Source: a virus (Duplodnaviria > Caudoviricetes). Taken from it: 64,000 nucleotides of DNA. Below the pieces are notes generated by a model that saw nothing but the letters and a program-made list of their open reading frames with translations, was not told where the DNA came from and did no database searches. Both the position numbers and the translations under genes were made by a program. The stretch lies in the IMG/VR virus record IMGVR_UViG_3300035498_000956. The stretch is one strand, 5' to 3'. Within the stretch, counting starts at the first letter, position 1, and every line of letters starts with the position of its first letter. Of the stretch, positions 20,198-30,401 are shown in pieces.

Positions 20198-21318
20198 TGT
20201 TAGAGATTCAAAAGTTTTTAATACAATATGATGATGCATTAGAGAGATTGACTAAACCTCCTTATAATTTAAAAATCAAAAGTAAGAATGGTCTTTATAT
20301 ATTTAGTTATCGTCAATTTGATAGTGATTTTACTTTAGAAATCGTTAAAGAGTCAAGAGGTCTAATACTTGAAGCTGATACGTGGAAAGTAGTTCGTTAC
20401 TCTTTTAAAAAGTTTGGTAATTATGGGGAATCTTACGCCGACAAAATTGATTGGGACAGTGCTGTTGTTACTGAAAAAATTGACGGCAGTATTATAGCTC
20501 TTTACTATTATAATGGAAAGTGGAATGTTGCAACAAATGGTATGATTGATGCAGAGGATGCTCCTTTAATGGAGACTTGCATTTATAAAAACTATAAAGA
20601 GTTGTTTGATTCCGCGGCGAAAAAGGTAGGATTGGATTATAGTCATTTAAACACTTCTATGTGTTATACTTTTGAACTGGTCAGTGAATTTAATAAAATT
20701 GTATTAGACTATCCTCTTGATTTATATCATTTATCTACAAGAAATCTTACTACCCTTGAGGAAATAGAGATTGATATTGGAATACGTAAACCGCAGACTT
20801 TCGCATTGTCCAGTTTAGCTGATGTTATTGACGCGGCGAAAGCGTTAGGTAAAAATGGGGAAGGATTTGTCGTTAAGGATAAAAATTGCAATCGTATTAA
20901 AGTTAAATCCCCTGAATATGTTTTGGGACATAAGCTAAGGGATAGTGTAACTACTGCAGAGCTATTGGATATTGTAAAGAGGGGTGAACAAGAAGAGTTT
21001 TTAACATATTTTTCTGGTCTAGAAAGTCGTATTCAAAGAATAGAGCAATACTATAAAGAGGTATCTAAAGCTATCAGCCAGCAAATCACCAATGCAATCA
21101 ATCTCTATAAAGAAAATTCTAATCGAAAGGATTTTGCTTTGGCTATTGATTCTCAAAAAATTCCTATAGCTTATAGACAATTTTATTTTACAGCTTATGG
21201 CGAGCTTACAGCTCATAGAGATTCGCCTTATAAGACTATTATAAAAAAGTATTTTGATAATACTCCTTCTGCTAAGATTTTAAAAACATTTCCTATTGAC
21301 GATTTTACGTTAAATTAG
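20197..21318 (+). CDS. T4 Rnl1-like RNA ligase
   Basis: ESRGLI, KFGN, EKIDGS (motif I), FEL, EGFVV, RIKVKS. Confidence 0.85.
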   Translation: MLEIQKFLIQYDDALERLTKPPYNLKIKSKNGLYIFSYRQFDSDFTLEIVKESRGLILEADTWKVVRYSFKKFGNYGESYADKIDWDSAVVTEKIDGSIIALYYYNGKWNVATNGMIDAEDAPLMETCIYKNYKELFDSAAKKVGLDYSHLNTSMCYTFELVSEFNKIVLDYPLDLYHLSTRNLTTLEEIEIDIGIRKPQTFALSSLADVIDAAKALGKNGEGFVVKDKNCNRIKVKSPEYVLGHKLRDSVTTAELLDIVKRGEQEEFLTYFSGLESRIQRIEQYYKEVSKAISQQITNAINLYKENSNRKDFALAIDSQKIPIAYRQFYFTAYGELTAHRDSPYKTIIKKYFDNTPSAKILKTFPIDDFTLN

Positions 21319-21875
21319 CCCGCTAATATCGCACTAAAAACATCTGCATAAATGAATAAAGCGGAGATTTAGTGAATCATGCGTTGAAAAAAATTACTTT
21401 AGAATTAATGTTTCTATTGATTTTTCTCAAAGGATATGATATAATAATATTACATTAATAAAAGGAGGAGATACCGATGATTACAATGAGTGTTGTTAAA
21501 TTTGTATGTATTTGTATCGTCTGCTTGTGTGGAGGGTGGAATGCTCATTACATCTATGATAGATACATCAGCTAAACCGAGTTGAAATTTTTCACAGAGT
21601 ATGATATAATAATAACATCATTGAAAAAGGAGTGATTTTTATGTTGAATGTTTCAACAATGTTATTACTTATTTGTGTTTTCGTTGAGTGTTTTTGCCTC
21701 GGCGGACAAGTTACTCTTTTATTGCTGGGGTCTCAGAGAGATAAGCATGAGAAAAGAGAAACTGAGAATGATGACTCAGTTGAAAAAAAATAGAGGTTAT
21801 GATATAATAATTACAGAGCTTTAAAAGAGCTGAAAAGAAAAAAAAGTTTAGAGTTAATTAAAAGGAGAACAGTTT

Positions 21876-22124
21876 ATGAGAAATAAAATTACACTTTTAG
21901 GTATGAGAGATATTCAAGAATTTGTTAACATCTGTGCTAACATCGATAGTGAGGTCGTACTTTATTGTCCAGTAAACGGATATAGAGTAAGTGCAAAGTC
22001 ACTATTAGGGGCAATTGCTTCTATGGAATGGAATGAGGTCTGGGTTGAATGTGATAAGGATATTTATTCCTCAATTGAAAAGTTTATTAAAGTTAGTTCT
22101 GATTCTACAGTATATCATTCATAA
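21876..22124 (+). CDS. HPr-like protein
   Basis: 82 aa; VSAKSLLG (Ser46-equivalent motif); no His15 equivalent. Confidence 0.65.
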   Translation: MRNKITLLGMRDIQEFVNICANIDSEVVLYCPVNGYRVSAKSLLGAIASMEWNEVWVECDKDIYSSIEKFIKVSSDSTVYHS

Positions 22125-22358
22125 AGAGAGATAAATAGAAAAGGTTTAACAAAAAGAAAGGGGAACATCAATGTTATTCTTATTTAAAATTTGTTTAGCT
22201 TTAATGGTAGGTTTTCTTGATTTCTTTTTAATGGATTATATTAAGGGGAATAAGAAAATCTCATCAGGAGCAAAACTAAGAAACCTATATCTATGTGTAG
22301 GTATTTACGTAATCGTTTGTTTTACTTTATTGTTTTCATAATCAAAAGGAGAATGTAT

Positions 22359-22814
22359 ATGGATAGATTTTTTATTAATGATAATAATGACGCTAACAAA
22401 AAGATTAGTGAACTATTCATTAGAATAGATTGTGCTTTAGCGAAATTAGAAAGTGAAGGAAAGATTGAAAGTAGGATTAATGAAGATGGAGAAGTGGTTT
22501 GGAGTTTAACTGATGCTGAACGCCAAAGATTAATAAATCAACAGGAAGATAATGGAGATTTAGAGAATGAACGTCACTTAATGAATGGGTATATGACATC
22601 AAAGATGGATGATATTCTCCAAGATATGGAGGAGTTTGAGATTTCTAGTTATGAAGATTTCTATAACTATATTGACTATCAATATGAAAACTTTAATAAA
22701 AAAGAAAAACAATTCTTGGAAGAGGAATGGGAGATTTCGAGTACAAGAGATTTAATGATAGCGATGTTTGATTTTTATAATGATTTTTATTTAAATGGAA
22801 TGACGGAGTGGTAA
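22359..22814 (+). CDS. Acidic hypothetical protein
   Basis: ORF with RBS AAGGAG. Confidence 0.6.
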   Translation: MDRFFINDNNDANKKISELFIRIDCALAKLESEGKIESRINEDGEVVWSLTDAERQRLINQQEDNGDLENERHLMNGYMTSKMDDILQDMEEFEISSYEDFYNYIDYQYENFNKKEKQFLEEEWEISSTRDLMIAMFDFYNDFYLNGMTEW

Positions 22815-22817
22815 ATT

Positions 22818-23183
22818 ATGGAAGTTAGTTATTCTATATTACAATATCGCCCCAGTAGCAAAAAAGTACCCACGGCAATTATTGGAACTCTTTATCAAGT
22901 TAAAGATATAGGGGAATATATTTTGATGCCGTCCTGTACTGGAGTAGAATATCATCTTGGAATTATTGACATGATTGTAGATGAGATTGAAGAAATGAAT
23001 AATCAAACAGTCGCAACTAGGTTAGAAGATTATATATCATTTTTTAAGAATGAGTATTTTTTTAGCCCAGTGATAGATTTTGAGATAGATGATTCACAGG
23101 ATGTAGATTGGGAACGTTTGTTTAAAAATCGTACAGAATTTATTTGGAACTATATTGTTGAATCTATTTTTGCAGATAGATAA
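22818..23183 (+). CDS. DUF3037-like protein
   Basis: N-terminal YSILQYRPS....IIG resembles the DUF3037 N-terminus. Confidence 0.4.
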   Translation: MEVSYSILQYRPSSKKVPTAIIGTLYQVKDIGEYILMPSCTGVEYHLGIIDMIVDEIEEMNNQTVATRLEDYISFFKNEYFFSPVIDFEIDDSQDVDWERLFKNRTEFIWNYIVESIFADR

Positions 23184-23212
23184 ATGACAATAATATTTTA
23201 GGAGGACAATAC

Positions 23213-23626
23213 ATGAGCAATAGAAATTATGGATACAAAATAGGTATAGGTATTACTCCTATTGGTCAGCTAGAAGGACATTCTATATTAGATTATAAGA
23301 ATGATTTAATTAATTATTTCTATAATCATAAGTTTGACTTAGATATTGAACTAGATGTTGACGTTATAGCTCAAGCAATAGACAATGAAATAGACCCCTT
23401 GAAGTGTTATTCATTACAGCTAACAAGAGAGGAGTTTGAATCTAATTTAGCTGATATGGTAAATGAATTGCGTCTATTGAGTGAAATGTCAGATAATCTA
23501 TATGTAACATTTGAAACTTATGGAGAATTATTCTCTGATTATCAACGCTATTATTATTACAAAGGCGAAGAATATATTGCTGATAAGATGCTTTCTTTTG
23601 GCAATTTTGACATATACGAAATATAG
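23213..23626 (+). CDS. Hypothetical protein
   Basis: RBS AGGAGG. Confidence 0.65.
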   Translation: MSNRNYGYKIGIGITPIGQLEGHSILDYKNDLINYFYNHKFDLDIELDVDVIAQAIDNEIDPLKCYSLQLTREEFESNLADMVNELRLLSEMSDNLYVTFETYGELFSDYQRYYYYKGEEYIADKMLSFGNFDIYEI

Positions 23627-23640
23627 GGAGGATTATTTAT

Positions 23641-23988
23641 ATGAAGAAGGTATATTCATGGGGAGAATTTGAAGCATTTGCAAAGGAAACTGGTTTGAAA
23701 TTTAATCCAAAGGAGAAAAAGGTAAATGAAGACAAGAGAGAAGCTCAAAGAAAGAAGTTTCTAGAGTGTAAGTCTTGCCATGGTCAACGTACTTATCTAG
23801 CAGGGACTAACTGCTTGATTTGTAATTGTGAAGTTGAGCGAGAAAAGGAGATTCCTGTTAAAGATAAGTTTGGTAAGGTTATTAATAAAAAGAAGGAAAT
23901 TGTTAAAGAATCTTGTGGCATAGTAGACTTGATAGCCCCTGAATATCAGGACTATGCACGTTATCTATTTGAAGATAATGAGAGTTAA
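23641..23988 (+). CDS. Cys-rich (zinc-ribbon-like) hypothetical protein
   Basis: CKSC, CLICNC, C. Confidence 0.65.
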   Translation: MKKVYSWGEFEAFAKETGLKFNPKEKKVNEDKREAQRKKFLECKSCHGQRTYLAGTNCLICNCEVEREKEIPVKDKFGKVINKKKEIVKESCGIVDLIAPEYQDYARYLFEDNES

Positions 23989-24099
23989 AAAAAATGATAA
24001 GACTAATGACAGTACGGATATAGTGAAAGCTTTTAAAGAACTTTCATCAAGACTACGTTTATATTCAAAGTCTATATAATTAATACGGAGGAATTTAAA

Positions 24100-24579
24100 A
24101 TGGGAAGAATTTATGAATGTCCAATATGTAAGAAGAAATATAATGCTCTACAGCCTATGATTGATTGTGCTAAGAAATGTGAAGCACAAGAGCAAGAGGC
24201 AGAAGCAAAAAGACTTAAGCAAGAAGCTCAAGAACAGCTCATTAAGCAAACCTATGCTGATGTGCAGAGAGTTTATAAAGAACTTTGCAATAAGGTTACT
24301 GCTTATAATAGATTAATTGCAGGTACTAACAAGACCGCACTAACAGCCACACTTACATCTGAGGATTATAATAAGCAGTGTAAATGCGGGGCAAAGACTA
24401 GTACTATTAAGAATAATAAGGATGTAGAAAAGACAGAGACACCTAAGAAGGCAACTGCTAAGCAAGAGCAAGATAATCAAAAGGTAATTCGCACTGACAT
24501 AAACAAGCTTGAAGAAGAGCTTTTAAAGGACGAAGATATAAGCAAGCTAATAGAAACTTTAGCAGGTTTCTTCATATAG
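24100..24579 (+). CDS. Zinc-finger coiled-coil protein
   Basis: YECPICKKKY...C...C; followed by a terminator at 24583-24612. Confidence 0.65.
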   Translation: MGRIYECPICKKKYNALQPMIDCAKKCEAQEQEAEAKRLKQEAQEQLIKQTYADVQRVYKELCNKVTAYNRLIAGTNKTALTATLTSEDYNKQCKCGAKTSTIKNNKDVEKTETPKKATAKQEQDNQKVIRTDINKLEEELLKDEDISKLIETLAGFFI

Positions 24580-24633
24580 TTTAAAAGGGGCAAATTTTTG
24601 CCCCTTATTTTTATATATAGGAGTTGGTAAAAT

Positions 24634-24828
24634 ATGGTATTTAATGTGTACAAGGGCGGTGAGTTCTATGGAAAAGCAGATAGCTTTTACAGCTTGGCAA
24701 AGTTAGTTATTTCTCCTGATGACGACTTCGTGAGTAAGGCAATTGAATTAAAAGACAAATTCTATTTGGCTAATGTAAAAGACATCCGAGAAATCTTTTT
24801 TGAAGATTACAGAATTACTTTCTCTTGA
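24634..24828 (+). CDS. Small hypothetical protein
   Basis: RBS AGGAG. Confidence 0.5.
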   Translation: MVFNVYKGGEFYGKADSFYSLAKLVISPDDDFVSKAIELKDKFYLANVKDIREIFFEDYRITFS

Positions 24829-24885
24829 ATTTTTCTTTAGACTATTATATAATTAATATAGAAAATCAAGAGAGGAGAATGTGGA

Positions 24886-25116
24886 ATGAAATTCTATGTT
24901 TGTGATGTTAAAGCGGGTCTGGTGATTGGTAATATGAAATCAATAGATGATGTTATCACATACCTAACTAGCGGTCAAAATTACGTAGATTCAGTAGACC
25001 GCCTGCTGGACGAAACAATGATTAAAACTCATTACCAAAGCAGTGCTGATAGACGCTACTTTGAAATCTATCGTATGCCTCTTAATGTAATAAAAGTTTT
25101 TTGGAAGACAGATTAA
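24886..25116 (+). CDS. Small hypothetical protein
   Basis: Own promoter and RBS. Confidence 0.6.
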   Translation: MKFYVCDVKAGLVIGNMKSIDDVITYLTSGQNYVDSVDRLLDETMIKTHYQSSADRRYFEIYRMPLNVIKVFWKTD

Positions 25117-25181
25117 GCTAATTGATTTTATTTACAACCTGTGATATAATAATTATAGTGAATTTGAAAAGGAGAGCTGAA

Positions 25182-25502
25182 ATGGGAAAGAAATATTTTA
25201 AAATTGATAATCCTAATTCTATCGATAAAGCCATCATTGAGGTGTTAGAAAAATATAGAACAGGGGATAGAGAATTTTATCTCTATCTGACTAGACGGCA
25301 AATTAATGGTGGGTTTATCTCAATGGAGCAAGAGATAGATTTACTACTTGATAATTTAATTGAGAATCAACAACTAATAACTGCAAAATTTATTTGTGAA
25401 AATATTTCTTTCTTTTCAGTTATTACTATCGCATATGTGTTGCCTAATGGAAATCTTAGGCTCTTACAAGATGAGTTATGTTGTACAAACGCTGAGGGTT
25501 AA
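25182..25502 (+). CDS. Hypothetical protein
   Basis: Own promoter; start adjusted to the RBS. Confidence 0.6.
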   Translation: MGKKYFKIDNPNSIDKAIIEVLEKYRTGDREFYLYLTRRQINGGFISMEQEIDLLLDNLIENQQLITAKFICENISFFSVITIAYVLPNGNLRLLQDELCCTNAEG

Positions 25503-25521
25503 ATAAGGAGGACGTTAGCTT

Positions 25522-25926
25522 ATGGAAATGAATAGTAATGTGGCTATTAATAATCTTTTTCTAGACGTTTTAGCAAAGTATAAAACGCCTACAGGACATT
25601 ATAAAACCAAGAGAACGGTTACCGTAGAGCATGAGGACAGTGGAGAATATGGTTCTTATGTAATAGAGCTAGATGAGGAGATAAATAATGTAATAAATGA
25701 GCATGATAATGTAGTGCTAGATGGTGAGATTTTAGCGGGCGGATGTAGTGCCTATGAGATTACACCTGATAAGCGTTACATATCCTTATCTATTGGTATT
25801 GCTGTACTAAGACAAACTGATGTTGAGCCTGATTTGTCATTTTATGATACATACAGAGGTGGAGTATACTATCAAATGCATGAGTTCTTACCACTATCTC
25901 CATTTGAAATTGAAAAATTGACATAA
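25522..25926 (+). CDS. Hypothetical protein
   Basis: RBS GGAGG. Confidence 0.6.
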   Translation: MEMNSNVAINNLFLDVLAKYKTPTGHYKTKRTVTVEHEDSGEYGSYVIELDEEINNVINEHDNVVLDGEILAGGCSAYEITPDKRYISLSIGIAVLRQTDVEPDLSFYDTYRGGVYYQMHEFLPLSPFEIEKLT

Positions 25927-25994
25927 AAACATAATTGATTTTTCTTAAAGAGTATGATATAATAATTACAGAAAATGAGAAAGGGGTTTTGCAT

Positions 25995-26159
25995 ATGGCA
26001 AAAATCGTAATACTTTGTATAGGTGGAATAGCAATGAAGAATTATACAAACTATATGGAAGAGGAACAATGTAGTATTTTCAATCCTGATGATACTATTC
26101 AATTCTATTTCCTATTGGCATTTTATCTTGTCCTCTGTTTGGTATTTTTCTTCTTGTAA
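25995..26159 (+). CDS. Small membrane protein
   Basis: Own promoter; hydrophobic C-terminus. Confidence 0.45.
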   Translation: MAKIVILCIGGIAMKNYTNYMEEEQCSIFNPDDTIQFYFLLAFYLVLCLVFFFL

Positions 26160-26248
26160 TACACTTGATTTCGCCCGCAAATTATGATATAATAATTATA
26201 GAAAATGAGAGTTAAGTTTGACAGTTTCTTTTGAAAGGAGAACTGAGT

Positions 26249-26548
26249 ATGAATAGTTTTGATATGTTTATGCAAGTAGAAGATATGTATAGTGAAGATG
26301 AAGAGTCAGCTCTAAGAGAATATCTCAAGGAGTTAACTATAGAGGACGCAAATAAAGTAGTGGCTGATACAGTCACTGCCATCAATGCAATCAGAACTCA
26401 AAAGAGAAGTCTAGACAGCTGGCATCAATACATCACCTATAGATATAAGAATATTCTAACTCAAGATAATAAGGCGGTACTACGTATCGTATTTAATATC
26501 AACAGTAGTGAAGAGTTCTTCCTATTGATAATTAGAAACTTATTTTAA
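26249..26548 (+). CDS. Hypothetical protein
   Basis: Own promoter and RBS. Confidence 0.6.
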   Translation: MNSFDMFMQVEDMYSEDEESALREYLKELTIEDANKVVADTVTAINAIRTQKRSLDSWHQYITYRYKNILTQDNKAVLRIVFNINSSEEFFLLIIRNLF

Positions 26549-26559
26549 GGAGGGTGAAT

Positions 26560-26955
26560 ATGGTTACTTATAGTGATAAAACTCTCCGAGAGATACATAA
26601 TGAATGTTTCAAGGTCTATGTCACTGATGGCTCATTTGAGCCATTAAGTGATGGCTTTGATTTCATTGAGGAAAAATATCAAGTGAAAGAAAGATTAGAG
26701 CATATTTTTAAAGATGTGGAAGTTCAAACTCAACGATGTATTTTAATAGGGACAGTATTTTGTTGCATCGTGCCTAACAAAACTTTTATAGAAATTCAAA
26801 GCGTGTTTGCTACAATGGTTATGATGATGCGTGAATTAGATATTCCACAAATTATCATTCCAGAATTTTCTAATAATTGGAATGACATCAAAATTGCACT
26901 TGAAAACAGCTGTGATATTATTCCAGCTGATATAAAGATTTGTAAGGAGGTATAG
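26560..26955 (+). CDS. Hypothetical protein
   Basis: RBS AAGGAGG. Confidence 0.6.
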   Translation: MVTYSDKTLREIHNECFKVYVTDGSFEPLSDGFDFIEEKYQVKERLEHIFKDVEVQTQRCILIGTVFCCIVPNKTFIEIQSVFATMVMMMRELDIPQIIIPEFSNNWNDIKIALENSCDIIPADIKICKEV

Positions 26956-27046
26956 CTATGGTAAATATAGTTATTAATAATGATATTAATAATTCAGTAG
27001 TTGAATTGAACGTGCCAGTTCAAATAGCTTATGAATTAGCCGACTA

Positions 27047-27577
27047 ATGTCGATAATGGAAGAGATTTATATTATGACGCATTTAATACATCAGTTTGAT
27101 GAAGGAGGCAACGTGTTTAGTTTGATTTCACAAGGTTCTTCAAAATCAGTTTGGGAAGTTGCTGAGGGTTATGTCATAAAAACTCCCAATATGGAATATG
27201 ATTATTGTCAAGACGAGATTAATTTATATAATGAAGCTCGTGAACAAGGACTAAGTAAATTCTTTGCTTTGACTTTTAAGTTTGATAATCATGAAATTCA
27301 AGAGCGGGTTGAACCAGTAGAGATGGTTCAATGCCAAGATACAAAGCAGATAGTTCAATGGAATACAGATATGACTGGTAAAGGATTTGAAACTATTCAA
27401 TATGAAATGTCTGTTAATTTACAGCAGAAACTTCTAGAAAAATATGGTGAGGAAGAGCTACTAAAGTTTGATGAGTTCGTTACTAATTTTGGTATTAATG
27501 ATATTAGAGATAATAACTGGGGTTATAATGAACGAGGTAATCTAGTATTATTTGATTTTAGTGGTTACGCCGATTAG
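27047..27577 (+). CDS. Minimal protein-kinase-like protein (paralog 1); start uncertain
   Basis: GSSKSV..YVIKTP, E, QE, DIRDNNWG, LFDFSG. Confidence 0.75.
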   Translation: MSIMEEIYIMTHLIHQFDEGGNVFSLISQGSSKSVWEVAEGYVIKTPNMEYDYCQDEINLYNEAREQGLSKFFALTFKFDNHEIQERVEPVEMVQCQDTKQIVQWNTDMTGKGFETIQYEMSVNLQQKLLEKYGEEELLKFDEFVTNFGINDIRDNNWGYNERGNLVLFDFSGYAD

Positions 27578-27589
27578 GGGAATAGATAG

Positions 27590-28174
27590 ATGGATTTAAA
27601 CAAAAGAAAGAAGTTATCGAATTTATGGGTGATTTCAGGTTTTGTAGTAAATTTAGTATCATCTTTTGTTTATCCCTTCGTCTATTATATAGCACTGCAA
27701 GCTATTCCATCGAGTTTATTGTCTTTTGAGCAGATAATAAGTTGCCTTGGAGTAGCTTTTTTTGGTTTTCTATGGAATAGAATAGGGGATAAACTGTTTC
27801 GACATTTTACTAGTGCAATTCTTATCAACATCATAGGAACGATTGCTATTATTATAGTTACGTTATTGACTAAAAATTTATCAGCTTATTATTTAATCAA
27901 CGTGGTTATCGCCGCGACAGTATCAACGAATGTAACCTGCGGGCATATTAAAATGAAGACATTGATTAATCCGACAAGCGAAGAACGAGAACATTTTGAC
28001 AACCGCAATAACACAGCTTATTCAATAGGAACACTATGTGGGGCGACGCTGGCATTGTTTTCTTCTATTGACTTTACAACGGCATTTGTGGCATCGAATA
28101 TAATATACATAATAGATGATATCGTGTCCATCTATATTTATAAGCAGATAAAATCAAATGAAAAACAGAGTTGA
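27590..28174 (+). CDS. Multi-pass membrane protein (half-MFS-like)
   Basis: About six hydrophobic segments. Confidence 0.65.
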   Translation: MDLNKRKKLSNLWVISGFVVNLVSSFVYPFVYYIALQAIPSSLLSFEQIISCLGVAFFGFLWNRIGDKLFRHFTSAILINIIGTIAIIIVTLLTKNLSAYYLINVVIAATVSTNVTCGHIKMKTLINPTSEEREHFDNRNNTAYSIGTLCGATLALFSSIDFTTAFVASNIIYIIDDIVSIYIYKQIKSNEKQS

Positions 28175-28224
28175 TTTTATTTTTAGCTTACGTTATAATA
28201 ATAAAAGAAAGTGAGGGGATGCCA

Positions 28225-28452
28225 ATGGAGAAAATTATTCTAAAATATAGATGGCAAGTTTATTTAATGTTGACAGGTTTGAGATTATTTAATGTGGATG
28301 AAAAAGTATTAGTTGCAATTTCTATTATTATATGCGGAGTTAAGTTAAAGGATGCGTATAATAGACAAGAGAAAGACGGTACTATTATTAATGGAACTAG
28401 TCTTTCTCTTAATATAATTAGTTTAATGAGCAGTCTATTGAATTGGACTTAA
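28225..28452 (+). CDS. Small membrane protein
   Basis: Own promoter; hydrophobic. Confidence 0.45.
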   Translation: MEKIILKYRWQVYLMLTGLRLFNVDEKVLVAISIIICGVKLKDAYNRQEKDGTIINGTSLSLNIISLMSSLLNWT

Positions 28453-28530
28453 TTGAAAGTGACGACAGATTATGATATAATAATTACAGTAAATGAGAAA
28501 AGCAGAGACAAATAAGAAAGGATGATGTAT

Positions 28531-28998
28531 ATGACAAACATCGCAACTGAGCTATATAATTGTGGAGGCTATGCCCTCGAGACATATGATTGGTATGACC
28601 CATCTCCTCTTGATATTAACATAGACTACTATGATGAGTTTATCAATGAGGATTTACATATTGATGACGGCGTTGTGTATGATACAATATATGAAGCTTT
28701 ATTAGACGGCGACTTAACAGAATCCCACCTTATGGAATACATGGTACACAATATTCTTATCGATGTTCATAGAAAGATTAGAAGAATCAATGACCTTTCT
28801 GAATTACAAGAGAATGAATATGGTGTACTATTTAGAGGAGGCTGTGACGATTTTCACTTCATCAAATATGAAGACGGAGTATTCAGCCATAAAATGGGCG
28901 GAAGAAAAGTTGAAATATTGGACATTTCAGAAGAATGGGAGATAGATTGGTTAGGTTATACAAGCGAAACTTATTATTTCGCTATTGCTAGGAGGTAG
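28531..28998 (+). CDS. Putative papain-like Cys/His enzyme
   Basis: YNCGGYAL ... DFHF ... FSHKMG. Confidence 0.5.
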   Translation: MTNIATELYNCGGYALETYDWYDPSPLDINIDYYDEFINEDLHIDDGVVYDTIYEALLDGDLTESHLMEYMVHNILIDVHRKIRRINDLSELQENEYGVLFRGGCDDFHFIKYEDGVFSHKMGGRKVEILDISEEWEIDWLGYTSETYYFAIARR

Positions 28999-29002
28999 TT
29001 AT

Positions 29003-29875
29003 ATGCAAGATTTTACTTTTTATGGAAAAATAAAATATAAGGGTACTATTACTTCAGATGGAAAGTTAATAGGTGAATCTTATCTAGACAATGATTATAA
29101 AATAGTTAGAAGTGTTCGTTATCATGGTGGAGAAAAGTGTTCGGATTATACTAATTCTTCTCATTCAGTAACAATAGCAGGAGCTAAATTCTATGTTAAA
29201 GAGCAGGTGGGCTTAAATTTAAAATCTGTGTTTACATATGATGAGCTAATGAGGTTGATATCTGTTGAGGTTTATGATTTAGAAGAAAACAAACTCGATA
29301 CTCTTTATATTTATAGCTATATTCAAGATACTAATATTGTAGCAACATATCTAGACGCAATTAAGCACGAATATATTACTGTTTATTATAATAAAAATAA
29401 TCTCTATACGTATATAAATATGAATACTCAAAAAATAGTTGCAACCTATTCTAACACAGACAAAAAATGTATAACATATTATGATACAGAGGGCAATGTT
29501 GTACAAACAATGTATAAAGATGATACTTCAGAGGTTGCTGATTGCAGTGATGGTAGTTACATCTATTCTGCATATAATAAAGACGGCGAATTAATTAAGT
29601 ATATTAGTATCATGCCCGATGAAGATAATAAAGCTCCTAGTACTATTAGTGTACAAACTTTCCGTTATGATGATGAGAATCGAGAAATTTATAGCTCAAT
29701 TGAAAGTAGATGGGATAATTTATATGACCTTGAAGAAACAGAATCTTATTATAATAAAGAGGGGCTAATCGATAAAGAAGTTATTTCTGTAACTCAAATA
29801 GATAAGGACGGACGCAGAATAAATGAACAATATGAGTATAACTATAATTGGGAAATTATAGACGAAGAGGAATAA
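29003..29875 (+). CDS. YD-repeat-like hypothetical protein
   Basis: Repeated Y(D/N)xxG motifs; RBS GGAGG. Confidence 0.6.
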   Translation: MQDFTFYGKIKYKGTITSDGKLIGESYLDNDYKIVRSVRYHGGEKCSDYTNSSHSVTIAGAKFYVKEQVGLNLKSVFTYDELMRLISVEVYDLEENKLDTLYIYSYIQDTNIVATYLDAIKHEYITVYYNKNNLYTYINMNTQKIVATYSNTDKKCITYYDTEGNVVQTMYKDDTSEVADCSDGSYIYSAYNKDGELIKYISIMPDEDNKAPSTISVQTFRYDDENREIYSSIESRWDNLYDLEETESYYNKEGLIDKEVISVTQIDKDGRRINEQYEYNYNWEIIDEEE

Positions 29876-29892
29876 AGAGGAGGAGTAATAAA

Positions 29893-30312
29893 ATGATTCG
29901 AGATTTAGAAGTTTGTTTTTTAAATGAAACTGGTATGGAGTTAAGATATTTTGATTTGTTAGATGATGAATATGTAATGACACATCTCTCAGGAAAAGAA
30001 AAATGTATGAATGACCTTCCTGAATTAAAATACATAATTTTACCATCATCTGAAGCACAAGATGAATTTATTGACATCATGCATAAAGCGGGCGAAATGT
30101 GCGGATGTAATTTTGATTTGCCAAAAAGTGATATCAAAAATGGTATTATATATCGTTATGATAAAGATAAGTGGAGCGTAATTCCAATTGAAGAACTGCA
30201 AGAAGCAAAACATATATTTATGACTGGCTCAGGATTTAATGAACATTGGTTCGTTATTAATAAGTTAATAGACTTAAAAGATTTTCGTAGAAAACACCTA
30301 AAATTAACATAA
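29893..30312 (+). CDS. Hypothetical protein
   Basis: RBS GGAGGAG. Confidence 0.6.
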   Translation: MIRDLEVCFLNETGMELRYFDLLDDEYVMTHLSGKEKCMNDLPELKYIILPSSEAQDEFIDIMHKAGEMCGCNFDLPKSDIKNGIIYRYDKDKWSVIPIEELQEAKHIFMTGSGFNEHWFVINKLIDLKDFRRKHLKLT

Positions 30313-30401
30313 TAACATAGTTGCAAAAATCAGCAGACTATGATATAATAATTATAGAAAATCAAAAAGCCGAGGGTTAAATTGAAAAGGAGAAAATGCA
30401 T

